Shown here: positions 62,720-64,000 of the stretch, one piece after another | Position numbering within the stretch: the first letter of the stretch is position 1 | Layout of the letters: each line of letters starts with the position of its first letter | Source: Mobula hypostoma | Lineage: Eukaryota | DNA length: 64,000 nucleotides | Direction of reading: 5' to 3' | Assembly (NCBI RefSeq): GCF_963921235.1 | Contig: NW_026948143.1 | Location: 62,001-126,000, forward strand | Translations under genes and position numbers: made by a program | The notes under the pieces: generated by a model | What the model saw: only the letters and a program-made list of their open reading frames with translations | Database searches by the model: none | What the model was told of the DNA's origin: nothing

Positions 62720-63285
62720 ATAAGACCATAAGATATAGGAGCAGAAGTAGGCTATTTGGCCCATCGAGTCTGCTGCACCATTCAATCATGGTCTGATCCA
62801 ATTCTTCCAGTCATCCCCACTCACCTGCTTTCACCCCATACCCTTTGATGCCCTGGCTAATCAAGAATCTATCTATCTCTGCTTTAAATGCACCCAATGA
62901 CTTGGCCTCCACAGCTGCTCGTGGCAACAAATTCCACAGATTTACCACCCTCTGACTAAAGTAATCTCTTGGCATCTCTGTTCTAAATGGACATCCTTCA
63001 ATCCTGAAGTCGTGCCCTCTTGTCCTAAACTCCCTTACCATGGGAAGTAACTTTGCCATATCTAATCTGTTCAGGCCTTTTAACATCTGGAATGTTTCTA
63101 TGAGATCCCCCCTCATTCTCCTGAACTCCAGGGAATACAGCCCAAGAGCTGCCAGAATCTGTCGATTCTTGAAAGATCATTAACGCCTCCACAATCTCTC
63201 CAGCTGCGTCCTTTAGAACCCAAGGGTGCATTCCATCAGGTCCAGGAGATTTATCCAACCTCAGACCACTAAGCATCCTGAGCAA
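62720..63285 (-). mobile_element. CR1 3' fragment joined by a deletion to an RT-linker piece
   Basis: (CCATAAGA) tail; MRGDLIETFQMLKG...; DKSPGPDGMHPWVLK. Confidence 0.85.
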
Positions 63286-63294
63286 TAAGCTTTA

Positions 63295-64000
63295 ATGTAT
63301 TAGTCTTCACTGTGGAAGATACCAGCAATATGCTAGAAGTTCAAGAGTGTCAGGGGCAGAAGTGTGTGAAGTTACCATTACTAGGGAGAAGGCACTTCGG
63401 AAACTGGCAAGTCTGAAGGTAGATATGTCACCAGATGGTACATACCCCAGGGTTCTGAAAGAGGTGGCTGAAGAGCTTGTAGAGGCATTGCTAATGATCT
63501 TTCGAGAATCAATTGATTCTGGCATATTTCCAGAGGACTGAGCCACTCCACTCTTTAGAAGGGGAGAGAGGCAGAAGAAAGGAAGTTGTAGGCCAGTTTG
63601 TCTAACCTCAGAAGTTGGGAATATGTTGGAATTGATTTAGAGTATGGTTTCAGGGTACTTGAAGACATATGATCAAAAAGGCTGAAATCAGCATAGTTTC
63701 CTTAAGGGAAAATCTTGCCTGACAAATCTGTTGGAATTCTATGAAGAACTAACAAGCAGGATAGACAAAGGAGAACCAGTGGATGTTGGATTTTCAGAAG
63801 GCTTTTGACAAGGTGCCAGACATGATGCAGCTAAACAAGCTTCGAGCCCATGGTATTACAGGAAAGATTCTAGCATGGATATAGCAGTGGTTGATTGGCA
63901 GGAGACAAAGCGTGGGAATAAAAGGTTGGCTGCCAGAGACCAGTGGTTTTCCACAGGGGTCTATGTTGGGACTGCTTCTTTTTAAATTACACATCATTGA
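63295..64000 (+). mobile_element. CR1 RT fragment running off the window
   Basis: YPRVLKEVAEELVEAL, GKSCLTNLLEF, DFQKAFDKVP. Confidence 0.88.

Overview
Eukaryotic (vertebrate) DNA made almost entirely of decayed, deeply nested transposable elements. The repeat mix resembles cartilaginous-fish (ray/shark) genomes; that assignment is an inference. No host protein-coding gene, rRNA, genuine tRNA or CRISPR array is supported. Content: many CR1 LINE copies (labels A-H are my working family names), two L1 LINEs (one full-length), Rex1/Babar LINEs, an RTE-X fragment, Neptune-type Penelope-like elements (PLEs) with a minimal hammerhead ribozyme motif, a tRNA-derived SINE, a solo LTR, a Tc1-derived element, a probable RTE-related non-autonomous element, and three minisatellites. 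Junctions and target-site duplications (TSDs) allow the insertion history to be rebuilt. About 27.5 kb (7382-34877) is one ~2.9 kb CR1 that landed in a 37-bp minisatellite and was then inflated by nested insertions. The most unusual signals are: (1) a full-length L1 with a diverged ~300-bp tandem duplicate of the ORF1p C-terminal domain, starting in frame just after the ORF1 stop codon; (2) a young PLE with an intact hammerhead core; and (3) a 177-bp TSD-flanked hairpin mini-element derived from that PLE terminus. Boundaries were read by eye and may be off by several bases.
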